Shown here: in pieces, positions 45,565-55,234 of the stretch
Numbering within the stretch: the first letter of the stretch is position 1
Layout of the letters: each line of letters begins with the position of its first letter
Assembly (NCBI GenBank): GCA_011050075.1
Contig: DRGK01000017.1
Coordinates: 39,838-103,837, forward strand
Direction: 5' to 3'
Source: Candidatus Jorgensenbacteria bacterium
GTDB lineage: Bacteria > Patescibacteriota > Minisyncoccia > UBA6257 > GWB1-50-10
Length of the DNA stretch: 64,000 nucleotides
Program-made: the position numbers and the translations under genes
Notes under the pieces: generated by a model
The model's database searches: none
Seen by the model: the letters and a program-made list of their open reading frames with translations, nothing else
Told to the model about the DNA's origin: nothing

Positions 45565-46128
45565 ATGAACACAACCACAATAGTAATAATAGTTGCGGCA
45601 GTTATCTTGGCTTGGATTATCCTTGCGTATAATGGTTTCATACGGCGTAAAAACAGGACCGATGAGGCATGGTCAGATATTGATGTACAGTTGAAAAGAC
45701 GATATAACCTTATTCCTAATATAATTGAAGCCGTAAAAGGATACGCTAAACACGAAAAGAGTGTATTGGAGGAGGTAACAAAAGCAAGAACAGAAGCAAT
45801 GAATGCAGAAGGCACCGGAAATGTTGGTGAAGTTGGGAAAACAGAAAACATGCTCTCCGGAGCCCTCAAAACATTATTTGCGGTAGCAGAAAACTATCCT
45901 GACCTGAAAGCGAACGCGAACTTCTTGGACCTACAGAGAGAACTTGCTGATACAGAAAATAAAATACAGGCAGCGAGACGTTTCTACAACACAAATGTGA
46001 GAGATCTTAATACGCTCATTGAGTCATTCCCGTACAACATTATCGCAAACCTGTTTCATTTCAGTAAAAGAGATTTCTTTGAACTCGAAAACGAAAAACA
46101 GAGAGAAGTAGTAAAGGTTAGTTTTTAA
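45565..46128 (+). CDS. lemA: LemA-family protein
   Basis: N-terminal TM plus AWSDIDVQLKRRYNLIPNIIEAVKGYAKHE…. Confidence 0.8.
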   Translation: MNTTTIVIIVAAVILAWIILAYNGFIRRKNRTDEAWSDIDVQLKRRYNLIPNIIEAVKGYAKHEKSVLEEVTKARTEAMNAEGTGNVGEVGKTENMLSGALKTLFAVAENYPDLKANANFLDLQRELADTENKIQAARRFYNTNVRDLNTLIESFPYNIIANLFHFSKRDFFELENEKQREVVKVSF

Positions 46129-46136
46129 CTAACAAC

Positions 46137-47033
46137 GTGGCTACGCTCTATACACATAAGGATTCAAATATCCGCAAGACTTGGTTTCTGTTCACTGTTT
46201 TTCTTATAGTTGTGGTTGGTATTGGTTTTGGATTCTCTTATTTTTATAGCAGTCCGGTCATACTATATATTGCCATCGCGTTCAGTCTTGTAATGAATAT
46301 TGCGGCGTACTGGCATTCCGATAAATTAGTCCTCAAGATGACAAAAGCAGTTCCGGTAGAAAAAAAGAATTATCGGGAACTTTATAATATTGTTGAAAAC
46401 TTATCTATAATCGCTGGTCTGCCAATTCCAAAGATTTACATCATAAAAGAATCACAGTTAAATGCCTTTGCAACCGGTCGTAATCCCGAACATGCAGTAG
46501 TTGCAGTAACCGAAGGGTTACTTGAACGGCTTGACCGCTCTGAGCTTGAGGGTGTGCTTGCACACGAACTATCACATATAGGCAACCGCGATATGCTTAT
46601 TTCAACGGCTGCAGTGGTGCTGGTTGGATTCATATCAATACTTGCGGATATATTAATGCGTTCATTTTTTTGGAGAACATTTGCCGGAGGAGGTAACAGG
46701 CGTGGGGGTTCAGGAGGTATGATGATCGCCGGAATCGTACTTGCCATACTCGCACCGCTCGGCGCAGTCATGATACAGCTTGCGATTTCAAGAAAGCGGG
46801 AGTATCTTGCTGATGCAAGCGGAGCACTCCTTACTCGCTATCCCGACGGACTTGCAAGCGCATTGAAAAAGATTTCTGCCGATAAGACACCAATGCGGGT
46901 TGCGAATAATACAACCGCACACCTCTGGATTTCTAGTCCATTTAAAGGTACAAAGATAAAAGCACTTTTTCAGACACACCCGCCCGTACAGGAACGTATT
47001 AGGCGACTCAACTCATTAGGAGAAACAGTATGA
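46137..47033 (+). CDS. htpX: M48-family zinc metalloprotease HtpX homolog
   Basis: 4 TM; HEXXH (LAHELSHIGNRD); usual lemA-htpX pairing. Confidence 0.85.
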   Translation: MATLYTHKDSNIRKTWFLFTVFLIVVVGIGFGFSYFYSSPVILYIAIAFSLVMNIAAYWHSDKLVLKMTKAVPVEKKNYRELYNIVENLSIIAGLPIPKIYIIKESQLNAFATGRNPEHAVVAVTEGLLERLDRSELEGVLAHELSHIGNRDMLISTAAVVLVGFISILADILMRSFFWRTFAGGGNRRGGSGGMMIAGIVLAILAPLGAVMIQLAISRKREYLADASGALLTRYPDGLASALKKISADKTPMRVANNTTAHLWISSPFKGTKIKALFQTHPPVQERIRRLNSLGETV

Positions 47034-47350
47034 GTATAGAACAACCAATACAGGAACCGTCACCAATGGATGCTTTCCGTCAAGAACTTGAAGAATTTCG
47101 TTCAGCAGAGCAAAAAGAAGGAACCGCAAAACATCTTTCAATGTCGAAAGACAGGGAGCCCGTTGATTTCAATCTGCTCACTGAGGAAGATATGGGCATC
47201 TGGGAAAGATGTAAAGCAGGTGAACTGACGCGCAATGATATCGAAATGTATAAAGATAGTATTCCGGAGGAAGAGGTTGATCGAAAAGAATTTGCGGCTT
47301 TTGTGGTCCACAAATGGATGGAGCAGATGTATAAGGAGGGTAAACTATAG
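47030..47350 (+). CDS. Acidic hypothetical protein
   Basis: 106 aa, overlaps the htpX stop; no recognisable motifs. Confidence 0.4.
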   Translation: MSIEQPIQEPSPMDAFRQELEEFRSAEQKEGTAKHLSMSKDREPVDFNLLTEEDMGIWERCKAGELTRNDIEMYKDSIPEEEVDRKEFAAFVVHKWMEQMYKEGKL

Positions 47351-47434
47351 GAAGGGTGCCAGAGTGGTCCAATGGAACAGCTTGGAAAGCTGTGGCTCGA
47401 AAGGGTCTCGTGGGTTCGAATCCCACCCCTTCCG
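47350..47434 (+). tRNA. tRNA-Ser (anticodon GGA), long variable arm
   Basis: GGAAGGGTGCCAGAGTGG…anticodon loop TTGGAAA…long variable arm…GTGGGTTCGAATCCCACCCCTTCCG. Confidence 0.8.
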
Positions 47435-47570
47435 CAGACTGCTTTCCGCCACATTATTTTATAGTGTGTTGGAAAGTGATCTATGGGGTGGAGTTCGAAC
47501 CAGTGAGAATCTTCCCTATTTGTCTAAGAGCGAAGCGATTAGTTACAAACAGCAATGCCGCTCGTAGCGG

Positions 47571-47630
47571 TCCCACCCCTTCCGCAAATCGCTTTCCGTC
47601 GCACCATTTTATGGTGTACTGGAAAAAGTT
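47571..47630 (+). repeat. Direct repeat of the tRNA-Ser 3' end plus ~40 nt of downstream sequence (att-site-like partial tRNA duplication)
   Basis: tcccaccccttccgca at 47421-47436 and 47571-47586, with ~80% identity continuing ~40 nt past each copy. Confidence 0.55.
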
Positions 47631-47713
47631 TCTGTTTTCATTTGACCTTTATTAGTGCTTGTGTTAATTTACTCACAGAAACCTGACAACTAAATATAGA
47701 AAGGTGGTTTCGT

Positions 47714-48343
47714 ATGAGAGGTACATTGTTCTTTGAGATTCCTGATGATCAGGAGATTATAGTGAAGCTCGTTGAAGCCGTGCCCCCGAACTGGTCATGG
47801 GTGGACGGCAGTCTCCATGCTCCCGAGATGCTCATTGCCTCTGGGCAAGTCGAAGAGCATACTGGATTCGCAGTAAGGCGTTCCCACGGAAATAACCCAA
47901 CCATCGTCGGAAGCTACAACCAAGACGAGCGTAAGCAAAGAAACCCCGATCTCTTCGCAATCATGGTGGATCAGAAGTTACCCGGTTTTATCTTCTTTGA
48001 TGAGGCAGGGTACAGGACTCCTATCATCAGCACTGAACTCGCCAAGCGCATCACTGTCGGTTTCCTTCAAAAAGGCTACCGTGGTGGCCTCCGATTTTTC
48101 AAGGACTGCTACGGCAACTGTAAATTCGACAATCCTGCACGGTGCGACATAGCCTCCAAACCGTGGCATGGAGGCCCGGCGTCTTATGAAGAAGGAGGAC
48201 CACAACCCGCCCGGATAAAGATAGAATGGGAAGGTAAATATGGCGGTGAGGAAGAGGACATCGCGCCCATCGTCACTGTGTGTCGCTCCCTTAATCTGCG
48301 CGAGTATACACTTGCGGAACCAGTAGAAGCTGCAGCTTCCTAA
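47714..48343 (+). CDS. Hypothetical protein, GC-rich (~50%), probably horizontally acquired
   Basis: 209 aa, no recognisable motifs; GC clearly above the local background; next to the tRNA-Ser repeat. Confidence 0.45.
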   Translation: MRGTLFFEIPDDQEIIVKLVEAVPPNWSWVDGSLHAPEMLIASGQVEEHTGFAVRRSHGNNPTIVGSYNQDERKQRNPDLFAIMVDQKLPGFIFFDEAGYRTPIISTELAKRITVGFLQKGYRGGLRFFKDCYGNCKFDNPARCDIASKPWHGGPASYEEGGPQPARIKIEWEGKYGGEEEDIAPIVTVCRSLNLREYTLAEPVEAAAS

Positions 48344-48363
48344 AATCGTATGAGATGTTTAAT

Positions 48364-48397
48364 GGCGCCAACATAATAGTTGGCGCCCTTTCTTTTT
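48364..48397 (+). terminator. Rho-independent terminator
   Basis: GGCGCCAACataataGTTGGCGCCctttcttttt. Confidence 0.65.
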
Positions 48398-48468
48398 AAG
48401 AATTTGCTGCCATAGAGTAAGATAGGTTATCATTATTAATACAAAGGTAAAATATAATATAAAAATAT

Positions 48469-49128
48469 ATGATAAAAATTAATCAAGAAGGTTTCGCGAA
48501 CATAGCTCTCATTGTTCTCGTTGTTGTGCTTGTCAGCGTAGTAAGTTATTTTGCGTTCGTCAAAAAATTACCTGATGTCATTGAACAGGCAACTACTCCT
48601 ACGTCTTCAGTAAGCAGTGAAACTATGCCATGGATTTCTTACACCTATTCATCCATAGAATCGGGGATTTTACCAAATATAACTTTCAAATATCCCTCTT
48701 TGTTCGGTGATAATCCCACCTTCATTTCATCTCGCAACACGAACCGGCCTGGAAATATCTCTGATGACTGGGGAGGTCTCATGGAATTTAATCCGACAGG
48801 AGCGTTTGAGGATCGCGGTCTCCGGATAGAATTCTTTAAAAGAGCAAACGCCAAGGATAATTTTGAAAGTTACGTGACTGAATCTGCTGCAGCTGGCGAT
48901 TGGACCTCTCCAAAATACTTTCAAACTGATAACTATCGGGTTGCTCGATTGAGACTTGCTTCAGATTCTCACTATGACGCAGATGTGAGCTGGTATTTTA
49001 TAGAACTTCCCAATAAAAGCATCTTGGCAATTTCAACAAGTGGAGATAAAAAATATCTCTTTGATGATGACCAAGATGGAAATTCCACAAGAGATAAGAT
49101 TATCTCGACGCTTACAATCGTTCAATAA
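48469..49128 (+). CDS. Membrane-anchored/secreted hypothetical protein
   Basis: N-terminal signal anchor (IALIVLVVVLVSVVSYFAF); 219 aa. Confidence 0.45.
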   Translation: MIKINQEGFANIALIVLVVVLVSVVSYFAFVKKLPDVIEQATTPTSSVSSETMPWISYTYSSIESGILPNITFKYPSLFGDNPTFISSRNTNRPGNISDDWGGLMEFNPTGAFEDRGLRIEFFKRANAKDNFESYVTESAAAGDWTSPKYFQTDNYRVARLRLASDSHYDADVSWYFIELPNKSILAISTSGDKKYLFDDDQDGNSTRDKIISTLTIVQ

Positions 49129-49177
49129 GGCAACTTGCCGCCAAAGAAAAAACCTGAAATCCGTTTAAATCAGACAT

Positions 49178-49212
49178 AAAAAACCCGCCATCAGTGATAA
49201 ATGGCGGGTTTT
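49178..49212. terminator. Bidirectional terminator between convergent genes
   Basis: AAAAACCCGCCATcagtgataaATGGCGGGTTTT. Confidence 0.7.
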
Positions 49213-49254
49213 AACGCAGTGTCAGGAGCGTAAGTTCTGGAGGATTCAGAATTT

Positions 49255-51999
49255 CTATCTCTCAAATATCTCGCCTAACCTTCTAATTTCTTCGCCATAC
49301 AAAGCCCAGTCGCCGCGGCGCTGGGCAGACATAGCCCGGTCAAAATGATCTTTTGCTTGTTTAATTAAATCTTGACCGATCGCCGGTCTGCTTGGAACTA
49401 TCGTAGTCGTTCCTTTATCCACTACAATCCGACCACTGAATATTCTTTCTAAAGCCAAATCCAGAGTTTCTTCCATAGCAATACGGTTTTCATAGGCCAC
49501 GATAACCCTCTTAAGTTCTGGAATCTTGCCACCTTCAGCCCGCAGATAAATAGGCTGAACATAAATAAGAGACTCTTCAATTGGAATTACCAAAAGACTT
49601 CCCCTAATCACTTCAGAACCTCTTTGATCCCATAGAGATATCTGTCGGGAAATGTCCGTATCTTGGTTGATGCGGTTGGTAATCTGCTTAGGTCCGAAGA
49701 CCAGTTTTTGCTTAGGGAAACGGTACACTACCAATTGACCGTAGAATTCCCCGTCATTGCGTGCCACCATCCAAGCTGAAAGATTATCTTTTCCGCGAGG
49801 CGTAAACGGGATCATTAAAATAAATTCTTCCTTTTCTTCACCCGGCAGCTTCATAATCATATGCCGCATCATTGGATCGGCCTGTCCTCCACCGGCAATG
49901 ATTGGAATTTGCCACTGATCTTCTTTGTTGTAGAAGATCTGCGCCTCATCCATATGATACACCGTGTAAAGTGCTGTCTGATAAATGAACAAGTCTTCAG
50001 GATATCTAATATGAGTCCTCAAATCCTCGTCCATTTGCTCAAGCGGCAAAAATGAATCCTTAAAAATCTTGGCATACGTTTTAATGATCGGGTCATCTTC
50101 ATCTGCGATATAAAATGTCATTCTGCCGTCATACGCGTCAATCACCACCTTCACTGAATTTCTTATATAGTTGAGGCGCTTGCCCGGTAGAGAACTAAAG
50201 GCGTCTCTCATCTGCTCAGCGTACGGATAACGATCTGAAGTTGTGTAGGCATCATACACCCATTTCAACTCACCATCCTTGGTAACAACCATATATGGAT
50301 CATTATCCAGACTCAAAAAAGGCAGTGCTCGCTTAACTCTCTCCTCAATATTGCGATAATACATTATCCTTGATTCACTTGTTATGTCGTCGGACAAAAG
50401 AATTTTTAATGACTTAAATCTTAATGCAAACAGTGCTTTTCTGAATATTGATTCAATCTGTACACCTCCCTGTCCTTCATAATCTGCAAAGACATTCTTC
50501 TCACCAGACGGATAATTGAATTCTTGTGCTTTGGTATTAACCACGACCCAATCACTCGCCAACTCTCCGTAGTATATTTCAGGCCTACTCACCGAAAGCG
50601 ATTCTATACTGGAGGAAGGCGGCAAGTCTTTCAAAAACAGAACCGGTAAACCTTCTGGCGTTACTTCATTAACTGGACTTAGGGTGAGCCCAAAGCCGTG
50701 CGTAAAGGTCAAGCGCTCGTTAATAAAAGTACGCTGGGGAAGGCTCGCGGTATTAAGCTCTCGGGGAGAAAGTAGAACCTGACGGTAGTCACCGTTTAGG
50801 GTATACCTGTCGTTATCAATGGAAACAAAATCATAGTACGTGCGGATTTCTTGAAGCTGGCCAAATGTGTCAAGTAGGGGTTCGCGGTCCCAGAGCCGTA
50901 CATTTTTAATAGTGGAGCGGTTGCGATTAATATCAGACATGGTGAGCGTACCCTCGCCGGTTATATCACGCTCTATTACCGTATCCAGAGCAAAAGCTTT
51001 TTGCGTGGCTGCAATATTGTGCTCTATATACGGAGTTTCCTTAACCAGTTCATTTGGCGAAACCACGAATTTTTGCAGGAAAAAAGGATACGCCTGGCCA
51101 CCCAAAATAGAAGTTATGACATAAATACCGATACCTAAAACAATAAATCGATTATTCGTTTTAAACATATTCATCACAGTCAGTACAGCTGCGATGATGG
51201 CAACAAAAATAAGTGTCTTCAAGAACGGCAACACAGCATTAATATCGGTAAAATTGGCGCCGGTAAACGGTCCTGTAGAACCATAGAGCAAAGAGGGAAT
51301 TTCTATAGCGTAAATCTTGAAACTTGTTAAAACAAATAGAAAAGCGATGAGTATTGATAGATGGATTTTGGCCGGCTTTTCCATGAATAAAGATTTCATA
51401 ACCGTGCCCGGCACCGGCTGTCTCAAGGTAATAGCGCCCCGCAAAACATAGCTCGCGGCAGTTCCTATAAGAGAAGCAATAATAAGCCAGAACCAAAGCC
51501 CGACCAAAAACTGTATAAACGGTAAATCAAAAAAATAAAAGCCAATATCGCGACCAAAAATTGGATCGAGTATATTAAAAGGTGTCGCGTTAAAATACTT
51601 TAGTACTGTCTCCCAACTGCTCACTCCGAATAGTCCGGTCAAAAATCCTAGCACAAGAGAGATGGGTAAGGTGCCTTTATTAATATATTTTTCCGCGTCT
51701 AATTCTTTAATCTTAATAGTCTCTCCACGTTCGCCTCCACGCACATTGATAGTAAACGGGACTGACGCAACAAGTCGCTTAGCCAACCAAAGATTACCGT
51801 AGATAATAAAAAAAGTCAGAGCACCCACACCTAATCCCAAGAAAATCTTAGAGTACAGTATAGTGGTAAAAATAGTACTAAAACCAACTTCTACAAACCA
51901 GTACCAGTCAGTTAATAGTTGAAAAAAACGTGGTGCAGCAAAAACAAACAGTGCTGCCAAACCGTATATAATATATGAGGTAACACGCTTTTGTATCAT
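49255..51999 (-). CDS. UPF0182-family large membrane protein
   Basis: 914 aa; N-terminal multi-TM region (…LLTDWYWFVEVGFSTIF…) followed by a large extracytoplasmic domain, as in UPF0182. Confidence 0.6.
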   Translation of the reverse strand: MIQKRVTSYIIYGLAALFVFAAPRFFQLLTDWYWFVEVGFSTIFTTILYSKIFLGLGVGALTFFIIYGNLWLAKRLVASVPFTINVRGGERGETIKIKELDAEKYINKGTLPISLVLGFLTGLFGVSSWETVLKYFNATPFNILDPIFGRDIGFYFFDLPFIQFLVGLWFWLIIASLIGTAASYVLRGAITLRQPVPGTVMKSLFMEKPAKIHLSILIAFLFVLTSFKIYAIEIPSLLYGSTGPFTGANFTDINAVLPFLKTLIFVAIIAAVLTVMNMFKTNNRFIVLGIGIYVITSILGGQAYPFFLQKFVVSPNELVKETPYIEHNIAATQKAFALDTVIERDITGEGTLTMSDINRNRSTIKNVRLWDREPLLDTFGQLQEIRTYYDFVSIDNDRYTLNGDYRQVLLSPRELNTASLPQRTFINERLTFTHGFGLTLSPVNEVTPEGLPVLFLKDLPPSSSIESLSVSRPEIYYGELASDWVVVNTKAQEFNYPSGEKNVFADYEGQGGVQIESIFRKALFALRFKSLKILLSDDITSESRIMYYRNIEERVKRALPFLSLDNDPYMVVTKDGELKWVYDAYTTSDRYPYAEQMRDAFSSLPGKRLNYIRNSVKVVIDAYDGRMTFYIADEDDPIIKTYAKIFKDSFLPLEQMDEDLRTHIRYPEDLFIYQTALYTVYHMDEAQIFYNKEDQWQIPIIAGGGQADPMMRHMIMKLPGEEKEEFILMIPFTPRGKDNLSAWMVARNDGEFYGQLVVYRFPKQKLVFGPKQITNRINQDTDISRQISLWDQRGSEVIRGSLLVIPIEESLIYVQPIYLRAEGGKIPELKRVIVAYENRIAMEETLDLALERIFSGRIVVDKGTTTIVPSRPAIGQDLIKQAKDHFDRAMSAQRRGDWALYGEEIRRLGEIFER

Positions 52000-52032
52000 A
52001 TATAGTACTATACCATGTACGTGGCGTATTGC

Positions 52033-52488
52033 TTAATTTGAGCGCACGAGTGAAACGGGCGGCTCAATCAACACCTCTATATCTGTTTGATGAATACCAA
52101 ACTCTTTTGCCAACTGCTTAGAAGGCATCCAGATATCAACGAAGTTCGTCTTCCGCCGATGCATACGATCTTTGACGACAAACACTTTATCACCAAATAA
52201 CTCGGGGATGCGCACCTCGGTGCCAAAGGGCAAAAAGTTCGCGGCGACAATACCATCACGCACCCGTTCACCCGATGCAGTAATGAATGGCGTATCGTCA
52301 GTTTCTTCAGGCGTACTTGAGTATGCCGTTATCCAAATATTGGTAAGCGTACGAGATATATCACTGGAAACCTCTTCTTCTTGTGATTGTTCGTTAGATA
52401 TGGGAGCGTTAGGAGTAGAAAACCCAAACATAAACACCATACTCGCTACCAATACCATATATGCGGTTTTTATATACATTAGTTCCAA
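52033..52488 (-). CDS. 3D-domain protein (MltA-like C-terminal domain) with signal anchor
   Basis: TAYSSTPEETDDTPFITASGERVRDGIVAAN…GTEVRIPEL…VVKDRMHRR…VDIWMP. Confidence 0.65.
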   Translation of the reverse strand: MELMYIKTAYMVLVASMVFMFGFSTPNAPISNEQSQEEEVSSDISRTLTNIWITAYSSTPEETDDTPFITASGERVRDGIVAANFLPFGTEVRIPELFGDKVFVVKDRMHRRKTNFVDIWMPSKQLAKEFGIHQTDIEVLIEPPVSLVRSN

Positions 52489-52564
52489 ACAAAAACCCCC
52501 TGACGGGGTATACTTAAGACGCGTTCGTAAAGTATCATATATCTACTCATAAGTCAAGACACAT

Positions 52565-53287
52565 ATGCATATACAAATCATATACGAAAATAAAAACTTT
52601 GCTGTGCTAAATAAACCAGCAGGAATACTTGTACATCAGATACAAATATCCAGTGTAAAACACGTGCCCAACAAAGAAGAGACGGTAGCAGACTGGCTCG
52701 TTGCACGATATCCCGAAGCGAGCAGCGTGGGCGACAAGCCAAGCATACGACCCGGTATTGTACACCGGTTAGACAAAGAAACATCGGGTGTTATGGTTAT
52801 CGCGCGCACGCAGGAATTCTTTGACTACTTTAAAAATTTACTCAAAGAACGGAAGGCGCAGAAAACATACATTGCACTCGTGTGGGGAAAGCTTCCAAAG
52901 CGGGGGCTCATTGATACTCCTATTGGATTGAAGCCGGGTACGATACGTCGAACTACTCGCGGCAAAAAAATGAAAATGGTGAAAGATGCAGTAACTGAGT
53001 ACCATTCGCTTGAATACTTTGAACAAGGTGGTGAAATATTTACACTTGCAGAACTCTTTCCAAAGACAGGCAGAACACATCAACTTCGCGTACACATGGC
53101 GAGTATTCACCATTCGGTGGTAGGGGACGTTATGTACGGTCGAAAAGAGAATCCTTTTAATATAGGACGCCATTTCTTACATGCTAAAACAATCGAGTTT
53201 GGTTTATTAAATAATAAGCTTATGAAATTTGAAGCTCCCATACCGGAAGATTTAAAAAAAATATTGCACTATCTGCAAAATATATAA
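52565..53287 (+). CDS. RluA-family pseudouridine synthase
   Basis: Catalytic motif HRLDKETSGVMVIA; ~240 aa. Confidence 0.8.
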   Translation: MHIQIIYENKNFAVLNKPAGILVHQIQISSVKHVPNKEETVADWLVARYPEASSVGDKPSIRPGIVHRLDKETSGVMVIARTQEFFDYFKNLLKERKAQKTYIALVWGKLPKRGLIDTPIGLKPGTIRRTTRGKKMKMVKDAVTEYHSLEYFEQGGEIFTLAELFPKTGRTHQLRVHMASIHHSVVGDVMYGRKENPFNIGRHFLHAKTIEFGLLNNKLMKFEAPIPEDLKKILHYLQNI

Positions 53288-53443
53288 AGAAAAGCCCCAT
53301 ACATTGTTGATAGAATATTCGAAGCTCACTGGAGAACTCCGCGCTTGCGTGGAGTTTTTCACGTCCTAAGGTTTATTTTCTCTAACCATAGAAAATTTAC
53401 AAAAGCACAAAATATATTTAGAATGAACGAAGGTATTCCTATT

Positions 53444-53527
53444 GCCCAGGTGTCGGAACTGGTAGACGAGCTGGCTTGAGGGGCCAGTGAGCGCAAGCTC
53501 GTGCGGGTTCGACTCCCGCCCTGGGCA
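53444..53527 (+). tRNA. tRNA-Leu (anticodon GAG)
   Basis: GCCCAGGTG…anticodon loop TTGAGGG…long variable arm…GCGGGTTCGACTCCCGCCCTGGGCA. Confidence 0.8.
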
Positions 53528-53533
53528 CAACTT

Positions 53534-53559
53534 AAAACACCCCGCAGCGGGGTGTTTTT
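53534..53559. terminator. Terminator hairpin shared by tRNA-Leu (+) and rplS (-)
   Basis: AAAACACCCCGCagcGGGGTGTTTTT. Confidence 0.65.
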
Positions 53560-53563
53560 AAAT

Positions 53564-53890
53564 TTACTTATAAAGCTTGCGAAGCTTTTCTCGAATCCTG
53601 CGTACCGGTAGATCTCTCAAATAATACAGCTTTGAGCGCTTTATACGTTTCGGTACTTCCAAAAACTCTATGCGTTTCAGCATTGGTGAGTGTATGGGAT
53701 ATACTTTTTCAACACCAATATTCTGTATACTGGCACGTACCGTAAAACTCGCACCCGGTTCAGTTCCGTGCTTCCGCGCGATAACGATACCCTCAAACGG
53801 GGTTTCACGTTCCTTTTCTCCGTCCTGTATGCGCTCCCAAACACGTACACGCGCACCCGGTTTTAATTTTCCAATTTCTTCTTTGTTCAT
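53564..53890 (-). CDS. rplS: 50S ribosomal protein L19
   Basis: …FEGIVIARKHGTEPGASFTVRASIQNIGVEKVYPIHSPMLKRIEFLEV… bL19 signature. Confidence 0.9.
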   Translation of the reverse strand: MNKEEIGKLKPGARVRVWERIQDGEKERETPFEGIVIARKHGTEPGASFTVRASIQNIGVEKVYPIHSPMLKRIEFLEVPKRIKRSKLYYLRDLPVRRIREKLRKLYK

Positions 53891-54006
53891 ATCTGTAGGG
53901 TAGGGATAGTATAGAAAAAAACAACAGATTAATCAATATCACTTGTATGCTGTGTCACATTTTCATACAATGATGAAGATCCATAACTTACTTGTTCTTC
54001 TCACTT

Positions 54007-54079
54007 GCCGGTGTAGCTCAGTTGGCAGAGCAGCTGTTTTGTAAACAGCAGGTCGTGGGTTCGAATCCCTCCGCCGGCT
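54007..54079 (+). tRNA. tRNA-Thr (anticodon TGT)
   Basis: GCCGGTGTAGCTCAGTTGGCAGAGC…anticodon loop TTTGTAA…GGTTCGAATCC…CGCCGGCT. Confidence 0.8.
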
Positions 54080-54150
54080 CATATACTTCTTTCAAAATTG
54101 ACGGTACACTACAACAACTGTCCATATATACCCACGTATCTCTCTCATTT

Positions 54151-54223
54151 GCCCACGTAGCTCAGTTGGCAGAGCATTTGCATGGTAAGCAAAAGGTCGT
54201 CGGTTCGATTCCGACCGTGGGCT
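54151..54223 (+). tRNA. tRNA-Thr (anticodon GGT)
   Basis: GCCCACGTAGCTCAGTTGGCAGAGC…anticodon loop ATGGTAA…GTCGGTTCGATTCCGACCGTGGGCT. Confidence 0.8.
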
Positions 54224-54265
54224 CACTAATTTTGTATTTCCATGAAAAGTTTGTAAGATAAGGAT

Positions 54266-54436
54266 ATGGCAAAAGGGATATTCACAAAAAACTTAGTAAA
54301 GATGAAATGTGACGGATGCAGCCGCATCAACTACCGTGCGCATAAGAATAAGAAGACGGTAGAGCGCAAGCTGGAACTCAAGAAGTTCTGCAGGTGGTGT
54401 AAAAAGCATACCGTTCACAAAGAAGTCAAAAAGTAG
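54266..54436 (+). CDS. rpmG: 50S ribosomal protein L33 (zinc-ribbon type)
   Basis: MAKGIFTKNLVKMKCDGCSRINYRAHKNKKTVERKLELKKFCRWCKKHTVHKEVKK; RBS AAGGA 5 nt upstream; below the ORF-track cutoff; classic rpmG-tRNA-Trp arrangement. Confidence 0.8.
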   Translation: MAKGIFTKNLVKMKCDGCSRINYRAHKNKKTVERKLELKKFCRWCKKHTVHKEVKK

Positions 54437-54446
54437 GCGATATGGT

Positions 54447-54518
54447 GGGGATATGGTGTAACCGGTAGCACGAGAGTCTCCAAAACTCTTAGTCTAGGTT
54501 CGAGTCCTAGTATCCCCG
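54447..54518 (+). tRNA. tRNA-Trp (anticodon CCA)
   Basis: GGGGATATGGTGTAACCGGTAGCAC…anticodon loop CTCCAAA…AGGTTCGAGTCCTAGTATCCCCG. Confidence 0.8.
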
Positions 54519-54526
54519 CATCAACT

Positions 54527-55210
54527 ATGCATAAAAATACTGTTGTGTTATCTGTTGGAGGATCACTGATTGCACCCGATGGTGTGAACGTTGATTTTTT
54601 AGAGGAACTTCGTGATTTTATTTTAGAACGTACACGGAATGGTGAACAATTCGTTATTGTGTGCGGTGGTGGGGGAATGGCACGCGCATATCAAAAAGCA
54701 GCACGCGCACTGAAAATATCAGACCAGTCGGAGCTTGACTGGATTGGTATCCATGCAACACGCCTAAACGCATATCTCATAAAAGCTCTCTTTAGTAATG
54801 ACGCATACCCAAACGTCATTACTGACCCGACACAGAAAATTGATTTCAAAGAATCAGTACTCATCGGCGCTGGCTGGAAACCAGGATGGAGCACGGACTA
54901 TATCGCCATACTGTTAGCAGAACAGCTGCACGCAAAACGAGTAATAAATCTTACAAACGTTGACTATGTGTATGATAAGAACCCGAACGAACATACCGAT
55001 GCACAGCCGCTTAAAGAACTCTCATGGAAACAGTTTCAAGAGCTATTCGGAACCGAGTGGCAACCGGGACTGCATGCTCCCTTTGATCCTATCGCCGGAA
55101 CAAAGGCACAAGCGCTCAATATGGAAGTTGCGATCATAAACGGAGCACACCTTGACCGTATAGCAACTTATCTGGACACAAAGACATGTGTCGGCACTCT
55201 AATTCAGTAA
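54527..55210 (+). CDS. pyrH: UMP kinase, archaeal-type (amino-acid-kinase family)
   Basis: VVLSVGGSLIAPDG…FVIVCGGGGMARAYQKAARAL…DWIGIHATRLNAYLIKAL aligns with the archaeal UMPK pattern (…VVVGGGKLAR…IGIxxTRxNA…). Confidence 0.65.
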   Translation: MHKNTVVLSVGGSLIAPDGVNVDFLEELRDFILERTRNGEQFVIVCGGGGMARAYQKAARALKISDQSELDWIGIHATRLNAYLIKALFSNDAYPNVITDPTQKIDFKESVLIGAGWKPGWSTDYIAILLAEQLHAKRVINLTNVDYVYDKNPNEHTDAQPLKELSWKQFQELFGTEWQPGLHAPFDPIAGTKAQALNMEVAIINGAHLDRIATYLDTKTCVGTLIQ

Positions 55211-55234
55211 TCATAGTATGCTATACTAACCTAT

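Noticed and set aside
47481-47571. Possible second tRNA between the two tRNA-Ser 3'-end repeats (GGAGTTCGAACCAGTG resembles a T-loop)
   Set aside because: Neither strand folds into a cloverleaf: T-stem partners do not pair and no acceptor or anticodon arms are present. Treated as part of the duplication scar.
47235-47655. ORF-track ORFs 47235..47567 and 47356..47655 spanning the tRNA-Ser region
   Set aside because: They run through a tRNA gene and its duplicated 3' flank. The paired translations (PTPSADCFPPHYF / PTPSANRFPSHHF) merely mirror the DNA repeat.
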